Origin: the human T2T-CHM13v2.0 reference genome, Homo sapiens
Strand: one strand, 5' to 3'
Length of the DNA: 64,000 nt
NCBI RefSeq assembly: GCF_009914755.1
Contig: NC_060934.1
In this document: piece after piece, positions 12,306-26,063 of the stretch
Layout of the letters: the number at the start of each line of letters is the position of its first letter
Position numbering within the stretch: the stretch's first letter is position 1
Program-made: the position numbers and the translations under genes
The notes under the pieces: model-generated
What the model was told of the DNA's origin: nothing
The model's input: the letters and a program-made list of their open reading frames with translations, nothing else
The model's database searches: none

Positions 12306-14172
12306 GTCTACACAGACCACTAGTCAGAGGAAAGTAAGGAGAGGGCTCTGGTCGGCCACACCCCTGCAATCTGACTTGGACTCTGTTCATGCTCAATGGC
12401 ATCAAACCTTTGTACTTTGTCTCTGTGATTCACAAGGCATAACAGCCCTCTGCTTCATGACCAATTCAAGTTCACTACCTTAGTAGGGCTTCCATCTTGT
12501 TTATTTTCTGTGCAACTATCAGTCTCTCTAATTTAGAAAGCACTTCATTTAGGACAAACTAATATTCCACCTCTCAAGACAGCATATTCTGTTATAAACA
12601 GGCTTCGAATACCCCTTATCAGGCTTCAGATAACCTTAATCTTATTCCTCTCCCCTTCTGTCGGACTTAAAGTGCTGCAAATACATCAGCTGCTGTAATC
12701 TGATCAAAACTTGGCTCCTTAAATTTAAGTTAACATTTTAAAAGGAGAGGGTGAATGTTCATTGTTTCTACATCATTAAAACCTCTTACTTTGTAAAGTT
12801 TACATGTAGATTTCTCTGTCTTCTCCACTGGCTACCACCCAGTCCTGTGTTACAGTGACGAGTAAAATTCAGGTGTACATGTGGTATTTGTTCATAATAG
12901 TCACAGTAAAAATAATCACTAACATTAAAAAAAAAAAAAGATTGTTCCTCTTCACGTGGTCTGTTCAAGTGACTCAGAAAGCAGAGTGATGCTGTTCTTT
13001 TTGAAATCAGCACGAATAGCCTGGACTAACAAGCATCCTTCGTCTTTGAAGGAGCTTAGCTTATAACATAACTCTGTCCAAGGGTGTAGAAGACTATCTT
13101 TGCCTTATTCTTCTCTTAGCCTCTCCCTTTTTTCCAAATTCTCTATGAAAATATTAGTCACACTATAAAGTAGAAGACTATAAAATGTCCACTGAACGTC
13201 AACACTGATAAGTCATAGCACATTATTAAACGCTGCTATAAGGATTATTTGAATTACTAGAAAAGCATAACTCTCAGTTAAACTTTCAATTTTGAGGTCT
13301 TTGTAGATTGATATGCAGCTGTGAGAAATAACATAGGAAGATCCCTTGCATCCGTTACCCATTTCCCGCAGTGGAAATATCTTGCAAGACCATAATACAA
13401 AATCACACCCAGAATGTTGACAGTGATAAGATACAGAACATGCTATTATCACAAGTCTCTCTCATGTTGAAAGGCATAATTTTTAAAAGCAAAACAATTT
13501 AAAATTTTTTAAATGTTGGACAGAGAGACCAATGGGGTGAGAAATCAAAGATCAAGAAGCAGTTCGAAATGTTGCTTCCATTGAAGAATTAAAAATTCAA
13601 ACATACTGAAAAACTGGCACAGAAAAAAATAAAGGGCAAATGGATCTGAAAAGGTCATCCCAAAACAGAATTATTGTAAGTTATTCTATTCATTGTGGTG
13701 CCCAAAGAACTAAACTCAAGGGAGGGCAAAGAAGATGTCTGCGCACTTTACCCTGCCAGGCATTTATGAGGTTAGCCACGGTTACCTAAGTCTGAAGTCC
13801 TCAGAAACTCTTAACAGCCTAACGAAAAGTGAAGCAATGAATATCTACAGAAAAATCAGCACTCTGGGCCTAAAACAAAGGTGAAAACTAAAGGAAGGAA
13901 AGGTTTTTGCTTCAGTGCTTCAATTAATGGCAGTGAGCTACTGCAAATCAACTGAGCTTTACCTTGAAAGAAGCAACATTACAGAGGAATAGATTACAGC
14001 CTGTCCACATCTGCTCCCAACTCATCTACTTGGACATTGAAAGAAACAAATATTTCTTTACAAATGTCTTCTCTTGCATTACAATTTTATTAAGAATTGT
14101 TTGCTGTGGGAAAAGGGCCAAATATGATTAGTAAAATTTCCTACAACAATGCATAGGCGTGTAGTCACTTAC

Positions 14173-14175
14173 CAT
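14173..14175 (-). CDS. TUBAL3: TUBAL3 exon 1 coding part (ATG only)
   Basis: Minus strand reads ...CATCAGC ATG|GTAAGT with GT at 14172-14171. An ATG-only first coding exon is typical of vertebrate alpha-tubulin genes; it splices to exon 2 to give MREC. Confidence 0.9.
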
Positions 14176-14199
14176 GCTGATGAGAACGTGCCCTTCCTG

Positions 14200-14262
14200 C
14201 CCTGTAGTAATGATTGAGGAGCCTCCCAGCTGAGCTTTATCACAGGGCCCGGAAATGACTCC
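14200..14262 (-). promoter_or_regulatory. TUBAL3: Putative TUBAL3 core promoter (CpG-poor; GATAAA TATA-like/GATA element; ETS-type CCGGAAAT)
   Basis: GATAAA on - at 14241-14236, about 60 nt upstream of the ATG; CCGGAAATGACT at 14249-14260. TSS is inferred only. Confidence 0.45.
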
Positions 14263-14749
14263 ACCTGAGGGCTGGAGCTTTCTTCACTTAAAGCAGTATA
14301 GCTTCTTTTTAGTTTTTTTAGTTATCTGGTCTCAGAGTAGCTGTGTTGGGCCTGAACAACCTGGGATAAAGTTTGTACACAGCTACAGATGAACTACTGA
14401 GAGCTTATCCAAATCTGCGTCCAACTTATAACTATGTTGAAAAGAACATGTGTCTTTTAAAAATCACCCTTTTGGGTTAAGAATTTATTTAGCATTGGCA
14501 GAGAAAAGGAAGGAGTATGAGTAAAATTTTCTGCAACAGCAAAGTAGCTTTTTCTATTGCATGAGTACTATATGAATATCTTCTTAAATAAATTTAAACA
14601 ATCCCTGAATACATACAGCAAACCAAGACAGTGTCCTTTTTACATCTGTGTCCTATGCATGCCTCTCAACCACTACCACATCCAAACATATGGGAATTTT
14701 CTGTTTTTATTATTATTGTCTTTTGAACTTTTATATTATTATACATAAT

Positions 14750-15780
<1,031 letters not shown>

Positions 15781-16446
15781 GATCTTCTTTTGAATTAATG
15801 ACATGTTTTGTTAGCATAGTAACAATTTTATTATTCAGTAATCAAAACAAAATTTCTGTTACTCAAGAATCTTGGTTTCTACCAATTCTTCCTTACAACT
15901 TTGAGAAAATGAAGAAACCATAGTGTTCTTCAGCAATTTTCTCCTGAACTTATTATAAATTATACTTTCTCTCATTTTGATCTTCATAAAGTCAATCCTA
16001 TCTGTCTCTGTCAATAACTCCCCAAATGTTTAGCATCCTGGTAGTTCCATATAATAAAAAGAAAAATTAAGCCAGTTCCATTTTATAAAATCAGAATGAT
16101 ATTTATTTTGTTGCTGTATCAAATTTTCTCCCACTGGTCCCAGATATTTTCAGTTTGAAACAAGATGAGGGAAAAATCAGATAATGTGAGTATCTCATTT
16201 CTAGTCCACTGATGTACTCAGTATCTTTCATTAACTTTTAAAAATTGTCAGTCTGACATGGAGCTATGATTAACTTAGATTTACGTAGGAATTAGAAAGA
16301 AACTAGAAAAATCTCTTTTGTAGTATAATTTAAGAAATGCATCTTATCTTTTAGTAATTCCTTATTTCTTTGAAAGACTAAGTCTTAAAGAAAAAAGTTT
16401 CCTCAAGTGATAATAATTGGAATTTCACGTCTGAAGAGGCCTTCTG

Positions 16447-16830
16447 GGGTGATAGTTTTTGTGTCAACTTGGCTAGGCTGTGGCACCCAGTTATCCAATC
16501 TAACACTAGTCTGGGTATTGCTGTGCAGGCATTGTGGAGGTGTGGTGAACATCTCCAGTAAACTTTGACTTTAAGTAAGGGACATCATCCTCAATAATGT
16601 GAGTGGGCCTCATCCAATCAGTTGAAAGACCATAAGAGTAAAATGGAGATTTCTCTGAGGAAGAAATTTCTCCTAAGGATGGCACCTTTAGTTTCAGCTT
16701 TAGCTGTTACTCAGGAGTTTCCAGCCTGCCAGTCTGCCAGCCTGCCCTACTGATTCCAGACTTTACAGCCCCACAATCACACTAACTTATTCCTTAAAAT
16801 AAATCACACACACAATACTGACTCTGACAT
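16447..16830 (+). mobile_element. ERVL LTR (MLT2-like)
   Basis: TGTCAACTTGGCTAGG...GGGCCTCATCCAATCAGTTGAA...TTCCTTAAAATAAATC. Confidence 0.7.
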
Positions 16831-16916
16831 ACTTGGTGGCCACCCTTAGGTTCTGAGGGTGAAAAAATGGCAGAGTGATAAAAGTGTGGTATTTATAGTT
16901 ATGATGTCCTTGTTCA

Positions 16917-17228
<312 letters not shown>

Positions 17229-19460
17229 GTTCCTTTCTTAAGTATTTTTCATTGTGAGCCAGTCAATTCACTGGCCAAGTAATGAGACAAACAAAACCTT
17301 CTAAGCATGAAAATTTGTTACAAAAAAAAAAAATTATTCAACTCTGAGCAATAATTCTGATTGACATTCTGACATTTCTGAAGTTCTCTTTGGTAATTCT
17401 CTGTTGGCAGCCTCACAACCACAGCCAGATCACTGTCCTTTGCCATTCTCTCTGGCCCCTACCATTGCACTGAAACCCCTTTCTCCTTCCTCCTCTGTTC
17501 TCCTCTCCTACTACTAATATAAATCAGTCTTTTAGACCTGCAATGTCTTTAGGAAGATAGTCTAAGCGTTAAGAAAAATGAATTACAGTCTACTTTGGAT
17601 TAATAGCACCTTCTCTGGCCACACATATTTCATCTCAAATTTTATTGTTCTCTAAGCTCAACAGCTAGATTTTGGAGTTTTCCATTTTCCTCATTGGAAT
17701 ACCTAAGAGTAAACCAATATGGTAAACAAATGATTCATAGATGATTGATTGATTGATTGACTGATTGAGGCAAAAAATGAAACAACCTCCCCCCACATCA
17801 CACATACACACACAGTGATAGATTTTAAGGGATGACAAACCTGATTTCAAATATTCTGCCCTATTGTGCCTATAAGTACACTTCTGCTTGTCAGAATGAC
17901 AATCAATGCAGTCCACATACTTAGCTGTTGGACTACACTCCCTTTCATTTGGCAGGAACAATTAAGTTTGACCCAATTAAAAATTACAGTCTAATAAACA
18001 GTTTTGTAAATTAATCAATAGTAGATATAGTAAATATATTTTTAAAAATTTCAGACTTTATTATAACATTCTATATATAAATTATATGTATATGCACACA
18101 TACAGACATTCATTCTCCTGAATGTAATTGCTGTTAGTTCATGAGAAGCTATGAGAAGATTCAGACAAAAAAGAAAAACGTTGATGCAAAGGGCAATTCT
18201 CTAGTTATTAAGACTACTAGTTTTCTAATGGTAGGTCATTGTTTGCAAATTTGCTACATTTTTCTATGGGAGCCTACAGACCAAAGGGGAATCATTTAGC
18301 TAGTGATAGCAATGGCAAACAAAATATCACATCAAAATCATCAAATAATTTGGAAATTAATAAAGTGTTTTGATGAACACTTTGTACTCTAATATATACA
18401 TATATATATATATATATATAAAACTTGGTAAGCAGTTTTGCAAAAATAGTTTGATTTACTTAGATAATGAAAGAAAATAGATTTTTAAATTATTGATTTA
18501 CATAATAATTTACATTCATTTATTGATTGTTGAATTTATTTAATATCAACTTGCAAAATGATTGGTGTCATCACATAGGGCTGAAGGTTTTGGAAATAAT
18601 CTTTGAGGAAGTTCCCCAAAAGAATATTTGTTTTGCAAATCCATGGTTGAAAAAGTTTGGGTTACACTTTGCTCTAGTCAAGTTAGTAGGAATATCTTCT
18701 CAGAGAGGGAGTTCTAGAGTCTGATTTGATATATATGAAAGCTGAAATCAAAACAATTTCCTCAAACCCTATCCCGGTGAATATTTTAAGGGAGAAGGAT
18801 GATTTGTGGGGAACTGAAAGAGAGAGGATTCAGAGAACATTTGTCATGGTTTTGGGACTGTTCTATACAGTGTAAGACATAGAACATGGGGACAATGGCA
18901 TTCAGACACCAGAAAGTTGATCTCTTGTAAGATCAAGAGATGTCACCAGCCTTTCCCAGGTCTTCAATGACCAACCCTCAGAGCGGTCACTTTTCTTTGT
19001 TCTTCTTCTATGGTACCCAGCCATTTTCTGATGAAAATTTGTCTTCTATTCCTTATTTCCCTAATGTCTAGCACAGATCCTGGCATATTATAGCAGGAAT
19101 TTAATAAATTCTTGTGAATAATTGAACAAAATCATAAGTTCTCAAGTGAATGAAAATTGGAAACAGTTGCTCTGCATAAAACAATAGTATTCAGGTCACT
19201 GGAAAGAAGTGCCCACCCCCACCACTGGAATCCCCACATTGACATCCTGCAGTATCTATCATTTTGTGAGTAGTTATTACAAGTTACCAAAGGACTGACC
19301 ACCTCTGATGACACAATCAAAACCAGTTTCAGGACCTGCAAAGCTGAGGACAGACCCTGAATTCTGAGGATCTCACCGAAGTATGTTGAAACTATTAATA
19401 TGAAACGGCTGTTTCTGTGGGTAAAAAGACCAAGCGTCAGCGATTCACATGGTCCTATCT

Positions 19461-19850
19461 TGTGAACAAAAGTTCTCTGAAAAGGAAGTTTGGAGAAAGG
19501 AGACTTTATTCTAGTGAACAGTTTGCAAACCAGGGAGACACAGCCTTCGGAGTAAAAGAAAGGTGATTCCAGAGAATAAAGGGGAGGGTTTGGCTTCTAT
19601 AGAAAAAGTTCTTGTCCAGGTTTCCAATCAGATGTGTTTATGCAAAGGAAAGATTCAGACTTGCTCAGTTCAGATTGGGTAATACAGCTGAACCCTGATT
19701 GGATAAAGCAGATGAGTTCTGATCGGTTACATCAGGTGAGCCCTGATTGGTCAATTCGGGTAAATTGTGAAAATCCCAAAGGGGTGTGAGTTTTCTGGAC
19801 ACAGAGTAGTTGTGACCTACTTGGGACCTGACTTGAAGAATTGCTCTTAC
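19461..19850 (-). mobile_element. Probable ERV1-class LTR fragment
   Basis: TG start, TTTATT (AATAAA on -) near 19505, repeated GATTGG; family not determined. Confidence 0.45.
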
Positions 19851-20042
19851 AGGTTTATTTTTGTTCATAATCTAAACATCTGCATCCTCTGAAGCTCTGT
19901 CTTGGTGGAGACCAACTCCCCAAATATTAAGAACATTTCTGTATTCTTACACTCTAACTGCTACAAAGCAGTACTTTCTTCTTTAATTTTTGGGGAGGGA
20001 TGGGGAAGGTAGAACAGAAGTGGTTCTTGACCAAGGTCAACT

Positions 20043-20512
20043 TATGTTCAGAGCTGGTTCCTTCCGGTGGGTTCATGGTCTCGCTGACTTCAAGAATGAA
20101 GCCATGGACCTTCATGGTGAGTGTTACAGCTCTTAAAGGTGGCACAGACCTAAAGAGTGAGCAGCAGCAAGATTTATTGTAAAGAGTGAAAGAACTAAAG
20201 CTTCCACAGTGTGGAAGGGGACCCCAGTGGGTTGCCCTGCTGGCTGGGGTGGCCAGGTTTTATTCCCTTATATGTGCCCTCCCATGTTCCATTTTTGTCC
20301 TATCAGAGTGCCCTTTTTTCAATCCTCCCTGTGATTGGCTACTTTTAGGGTCCTGCTGATTGGTGCTTTTTACAGAGCACTGATTGGTGCATTTTACAAT
20401 CCTCTTGCTAGCTACAGAGCACTGATTGGTGTGTTTTACAATCCTCTTGCCAGACAGAAAAGTTCTCCAAGTCCCCACTCTACCCAGGAAGTCTAGCTGG
20501 CTTCACATCTCA
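20043..20512 (-). mobile_element. LTR12 family solo LTR (ERV9; short LTR12F-like)
   Basis: Minus strand begins TGAGATGTGAAGCCAGCT; tandem CTGATTGGTG..TTTTACA subrepeats; GGGTTCATGGTCTCGCTGACTTCAAGAATGAAGCC segment. Confidence 0.85.
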
Positions 20513-21003
20513 ATGTTACTCCCTAATTTCTTACTCTTTTTAAAACAAAAACATTTTTCCCTCATGTTATAAAGGTACTGCAAATTCAATATGTCCTTAT
20601 TTTTAAAAAAATTAAATGCAAAAAATAAAAATAAAAATTTTGAATACCTAAAGTCTACCTAGAGACATTTTAATACATTGACTTTTTAATACATTTAATA
20701 CATTTTAATACATTATCTTTTTTCTTTGTATAATCTCTTGTAATTCATAACTTTGAATATACTGAATATACCTCTATACTTCATGTTTTTATTTCAAATT
20801 ACCAGTATACTATTACATACTTCACACTTCATTTTTGTTGGCTGAAAATATTCTTCTCAGTGGATGAGCTATAAATCATTGTTTATTTAGGTTGTTTTAA
20901 ATGTTTCTATTATAAACAATGTCATTAATAGCTTCATGTTTATACAATTTTATTTTTTAGGATAAATTTCCATAAGTGGAAATATACTGGCAAAAGAGAA
21001 GTG

Positions 21004-21303
21004 TTTTTTTGTTTTTTTTTTTTTGGAGACGGAGTCTCGCTCTGTCACTGGGCTGGAGTGCAGTGGCACGGTCTTGGCTCAATTCAAGCTCCGACTCTCT
21101 GGTTCAACTAATTCTCCTGCCTCAGCCTCCTGAGTAGCTGGGATTACAGGCATGCGCCACTCTGCCCAGCTAATTTTTGTATTTTAGTAGCGACGGGGTT
21201 TCACCATGTTGGCCAGGATGGTCTTGATCTCCTGATCTCGTGATCCGCCTGCCTCAGCCTCCCAAAGTGCTGGGATTACAGGCGTGAGCCACAGCGCCCG
21301 GTC
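21004..21303 (-). mobile_element. Alu
   Basis: Full antisense Alu. Confidence 0.93.
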
Positions 21304-22076
21304 AGGAGAAGCTATTTTTAAAGACTTTGACACATATAAAGCAATATTTAAAATCAAAGAAAGTGTAATTTGTTTAACAATTTTTTTTTTACTTGAAGCG
21401 GTCTTTTATTTTATATTATGTCTTTTGCTGACTTTTACAAGCAAAGGATGAAGTCACTTCATTCTGTTTTGCTAGGGAGAGACTGTGTCATGCTTATTGG
21501 AAGACATAAGGGCTCATAATTAGATTTTGCTGGTTCCCTAGAGACAGTCCCGGGAACACACTTGCATAACCTTTGGTAATTGGAAATATATCTCATATTG
21601 GCCACGTGCACAATAATTCAGTGTGAATATGGCCAATAAACATGCCTTGTTTACAGGTCATTAGTTTGGACCTCTCTTCTCCTCAAATGCTAAGAAAGAT
21701 CTGGTGAATTAAAATGCTTCCAGTCCATTTGCCTTGGCCTGTAGTGAAAGTCCTAATGAACAATGAAGGAGGTACCGGGCCTTAGGGACTCAGGGATGCG
21801 CTCAGGAGTTAAGGGCAAATTTTCCTAGGTTCTTTCCTAGGCAAGTAGATCCCGGGAGCGGTGGAGGGGCGGGACTCCGCGTCTCCTAGGAACCGCTGCG
21901 CGCTCACTGATTGGCTGATCGCTGCTCAGCCGCCATTTTCAAATCCCCGGATGACGGCGGTGGCGGCTGCAGTCCGCTGACAGGCGCTTTCTGCCTGGCA
22001 GAGGCTGGCGGGCATCGTGCCCGTCCCTGCCGGTCTCCCGGGCACCCGGCCACCGCCCCACCCCCTCCTCCGTGCC

Positions 22077-22204
22077 ATGGAGCCCGAGCTGGCGGCTCAG
22101 AAGCAGCCTCGACCGCGGAGGCGAAGCCGCCGGGCCTCTGGGCTCAGCACGGAGGGAGCGACGGGGCCTTCGGCCGACACCTCCGGGTCGGAGCTGGACG
22201 GGAG
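22077..22204 (+). CDS. NET1: NET1 long isoform exon 1 CDS (MEPELAAQKQPRPRRRSRRASG...ELDG), with basic NLS-like RPRRRSRR
   Basis: Strong Kozak GCCATGG; donor GAG|gtgagt at 22205; 128 nt, and phase 2 joins exon 2. Confidence 0.95.
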
Positions 22205-22300
22205 GTGAGTGTGGGGGAGGGGAGGGCCGAACGGGAGGTGAGTGTAGGGGAGCGGAGGGCCGAACGGGAGGTGAGTGTTGGAGAGGCAAGGGCCGGGGGG
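22198..22300 (+). repeat. 33-bp G-rich tandem repeat (~3 copies) spanning the NET1 exon 1/intron 1 junction
   Basis: ACGGGAGGTGAGTGT recurs with GT at 22205, 22238 and 22271. Confidence 0.9.
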
Positions 22301-24788
22301 AGGGGAGGGCTGGCCGGGAGTTGGATGTGGGGGGCGGCGAGTGGGGGTGTTGGTGAGGGCCAGGGGGAGGCGAGGGCCGCTGGGAGGTGAGTGGGGGGTG
22401 GAGGAGGTGACCGCGGGGTTGGGGGGGGGGACGGGGGCCTCTGGAAGTGAGGGTGGCACAGGCTGGAGTGACAGTGTGCCTGGCCTTGGACCGAGGTCGG
22501 TCCTGAGACCCCAAACTGCGATTTTCCCTGCCTGTGGCAAAGGGGCGGGTTTATTGAGTCTCCTCGCCTCCTGACTGTTTCTCAGGGGAGACTTAGGAAA
22601 AACCACAATGGTTTTGTTCTGCACACCCAACTGGCTGTAGGCTGGCGTTCCCAAATGCCTTTGCTCAGACCGAAACTGTCATGGTGAGCACCACGAGAAT
22701 GGGCTTCCATGTCCTGAGAAAGAAAAGACTAAGGGATAAGTTGACTTCGGGATATGTTATGAGATGCCTATTAGAGAGTTCATCACAACCATTTTCGTGT
22801 TTTTTCTTTTTACTTTTTGTGGAAGTATACATTGAAATGAGAGTGTATGACTCGTGTTTGGCTCAGTGAAATTTCACAAAGCGAAGCTCAGGGGATAGCT
22901 AGTGAATTAGGAGGAAGGGAACCAAGTGAGAACAGTATCCAGGAGGCCAAATGAAGAAAGAATTTCAAGAAGAGGACGTGGCGAGCTATGTCAGATGTTA
23001 TTGATAGGTCAAATAAAATGAGGATTAAGTAAAATAAGATGAGGATTAAGCTAGATGAGGAATGAAAATTAAATTTGGTAATGAGAAGAGAGTATTGATC
23101 TTAGATGGTTTCCAAGAATGGTTACAATATCGAACTTAGAGTGTTTTGCAACAGGTTGAGAAGAGAATGTGCGATTTGTTCAGAAAATAATGTGAGTGCC
23201 AACACTAGGAATATGGAAATGGAAAAATACTCTTGTTACTATTTAAGATTTATAATCTAGTGGGGAAGAAAGATAAGTAGGTTAATAATTATTATAATAT
23301 GTGATAAAAGTTATTATAGTGATATACACAGAATGCCGTAGATTAAAAGGAACACTTAATCCTGACTGGAGAGAATAGGAAATGATTTCCTATTGTAATC
23401 CCTGAGTCTTTAAGGACCAGTTTAGAGAGCAGATGTAAATGGATGATTTCAGGCAGAGAAGCATGTAGAAAGGCCCTGAAGCAAATGAGTCTGATGAGTT
23501 CTGGGTATATATTCTATTTTATTACTATATTAACAGTGATATTTGTATAGAGGAGAGGAAACCAATATGGGGAGAAGGAGGAGGTAGTCATGAGAGATGA
23601 TGCTAAAGAGGTAAGCGCCACATCATGAAGAGACCTTGTATGCCTTGACAGAGTTTGGGTTTTATCTTCATGGTAATGGGGAAATACTGAAAGACTTTAA
23701 ATGAGCCAATGGCATGACATATTTGCATTTTAAAAGATCAGTTTGTCTTCCATGAGAAAAATAAGCAACATTTTGGAGTCATCTCACTCTTCATATTTTA
23801 TGAAAACTATTCCCCAAAAATGTGCACATATACATAAACATTTCAGGAGATTTGTGGACCCAGCTGTGTATACCAAATTAAAATTTCCAAGTTTAGCTGA
23901 TGGATTGGTAGGAAATCAGTCTGCAGTAGTCTAAATGAAAAAATGATTGTTCGAATCTGATAGCTGGCAATGGGATTGGTGAAGAGAAGTTTCACTGCAA
24001 CAGGAAGACAAGAAAGAATAGAGAGAAATAACACAATTTTGTGGGATAGACTCTTAAGAAAGAATAAATTCCCTTGATGTGCTGTGCTGAGTTAACAAAT
24101 AGAGGGAGAGGTTGAACAGACAGTAGAGGAGAAAAATGGTTGAACAAGGATCCAAGAAGGCAGAAAAGGACAGAATCCAAATTCAAGGTAGAGGATTTAG
24201 CCTAACAAGAAGCTATGGATGATATATAGTTTTGAAGAATGGGGTGTGTTGTGAGCAGGAGTTTGAGGACTTTCCCACCAGGCCTCTATTTTTTGTGTGA
24301 GGTAGGAAATGATACATTGTGAGAAAAGCGTAGTAACACAGGCAGCATGAGGAGAGTGAGACACAGTTAGAAGAACCATGGAGAGAAAATGGAGAATTAA
24401 ATAACATATTCCTTTTCCAGAAAAGATGTAAGATCATCTACAAGAATACGTAAAATATTACAAGATAGTATTAATTGTGAGGCAAGAAGCAACTAAGCAC
24501 TGTATCAGATTCAGAAATCATAAGGAAAAAGATTTGTGTGTATGATTATGTGACTATTGAAAAACGTTCTGCAGGCAAAACTCAGTATAAACTAATTTGA
24601 AAGACAAATACGTACAGTACAATTTACCCACTTAAATCGTACTACTTAGAACATTTTCATCACCTCAAAAAGAGCATTTGTACCCTTTAGCTATTGTTCC
24701 TCTCCTACCCCTTCTGCCCTAAAACCTAATCTGTCGGTCTGTAGGAATTTCTCTGTTCTGGACATTGCATATGAATGGATTTATGTAA

Positions 24789-25125
<337 letters not shown>

Positions 25126-26063
25126 CTGTTCATTTTTAAATTTCTTTTTTATTGAGTTGTTAAGAGTTCTTTATTCTGGATACAAGTCCCTTATCAGATA
25201 GATTATTTGCAAATATTTTCTCTTATTCTGTGGTTTGTCTTTTCACTTTCATGATGTGCTTCGAAGCACAAAAATGTTTTAGTTTGTAGTCCTACTTGTC
25301 TATTTTTGCTTTTGTTGCCTGTGTTTTGGTGTCACATCCAAGAAATCACTGCTAAATCCATTGTTATGAATCCTTTCCCCAGTGCTTTCTTCTGAGAATT
25401 TTATCATTTTAGCTTTTATATTTGGGTCTTTAATCCATTTTGAGTTAGTTTTTGTATATAATGTGAGATGACGGTCCAACTTAATTCTTTTTCATGTGTC
25501 TATCCAGGTACCCCAGCACCATTTTTTGAAGACTGTTCTTTCTCCCACTGAGTAGTCTTAGCACCCTTGTCAAAAATCAGTTGACCTTAAGCATGAGAGT
25601 TTATTTTTAGACTTTGACTTTTATTCTCTTGATCTATATGTAATAGCCCTATGCCATTACCATGGTGTTTTGATTACCGTTGCTTTGTATAGTAAGTTTT
25701 GAAATTGGGATATGTGAGTCCTCCTACTTTGTTCTTTTTTTCCCAAGATTGTTGTGGCTATCCTGGGTCTCCTGCAATTCTATGTGAATTTTAGAATCAG
25801 CTTAATCGATTTTTACAAAGGAGTCCACAGGGATTCTGATAGAGATTGCATTAAATCTTGTAGATCATTTTCAGGAGTATTGCCCTCTACAGAGAGTTAA
25901 GTAGTCTGATCCATGGACAAGGGATGTTTTTCCAATTATTTAGATCTTTAATTATTTTCAACAGTGTTTTGTAGTTTTCAGAGTATAGTTCTGCATGTTT
26001 TGCTAAATTTATTCCTAAGTATTTTGTTCTTTTTGATGCAGTTGTAAATGGATTCATTTCTTT

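Larger units (their letters stand above)
21790..22520 (+). promoter_or_regulatory. NET1: CpG island / NET1 upstream promoter
   Basis: Sharp GC/CpG enrichment; GC box GGGGCGGG 21866-21873, inverted CCAAT (ATTGG) 21910-21914, YY1-type CGCCATTTT 21931-21939. Confidence 0.85.

Noticed and set aside
22198-22300. CRISPR-like repeat-spacer appearance of the 33-bp array
   Set aside because: The intervening sequences resemble each other (a minisatellite), the context is eukaryotic and there are no cas genes.
21911-22654. Overlapping 94-191 aa ORFs on both strands across the CpG island
   Set aside because: Stop-codon scarcity in GC-rich and tandem-repeat DNA; low-complexity Pro/Gly/Arg translations; several use non-ATG starts.
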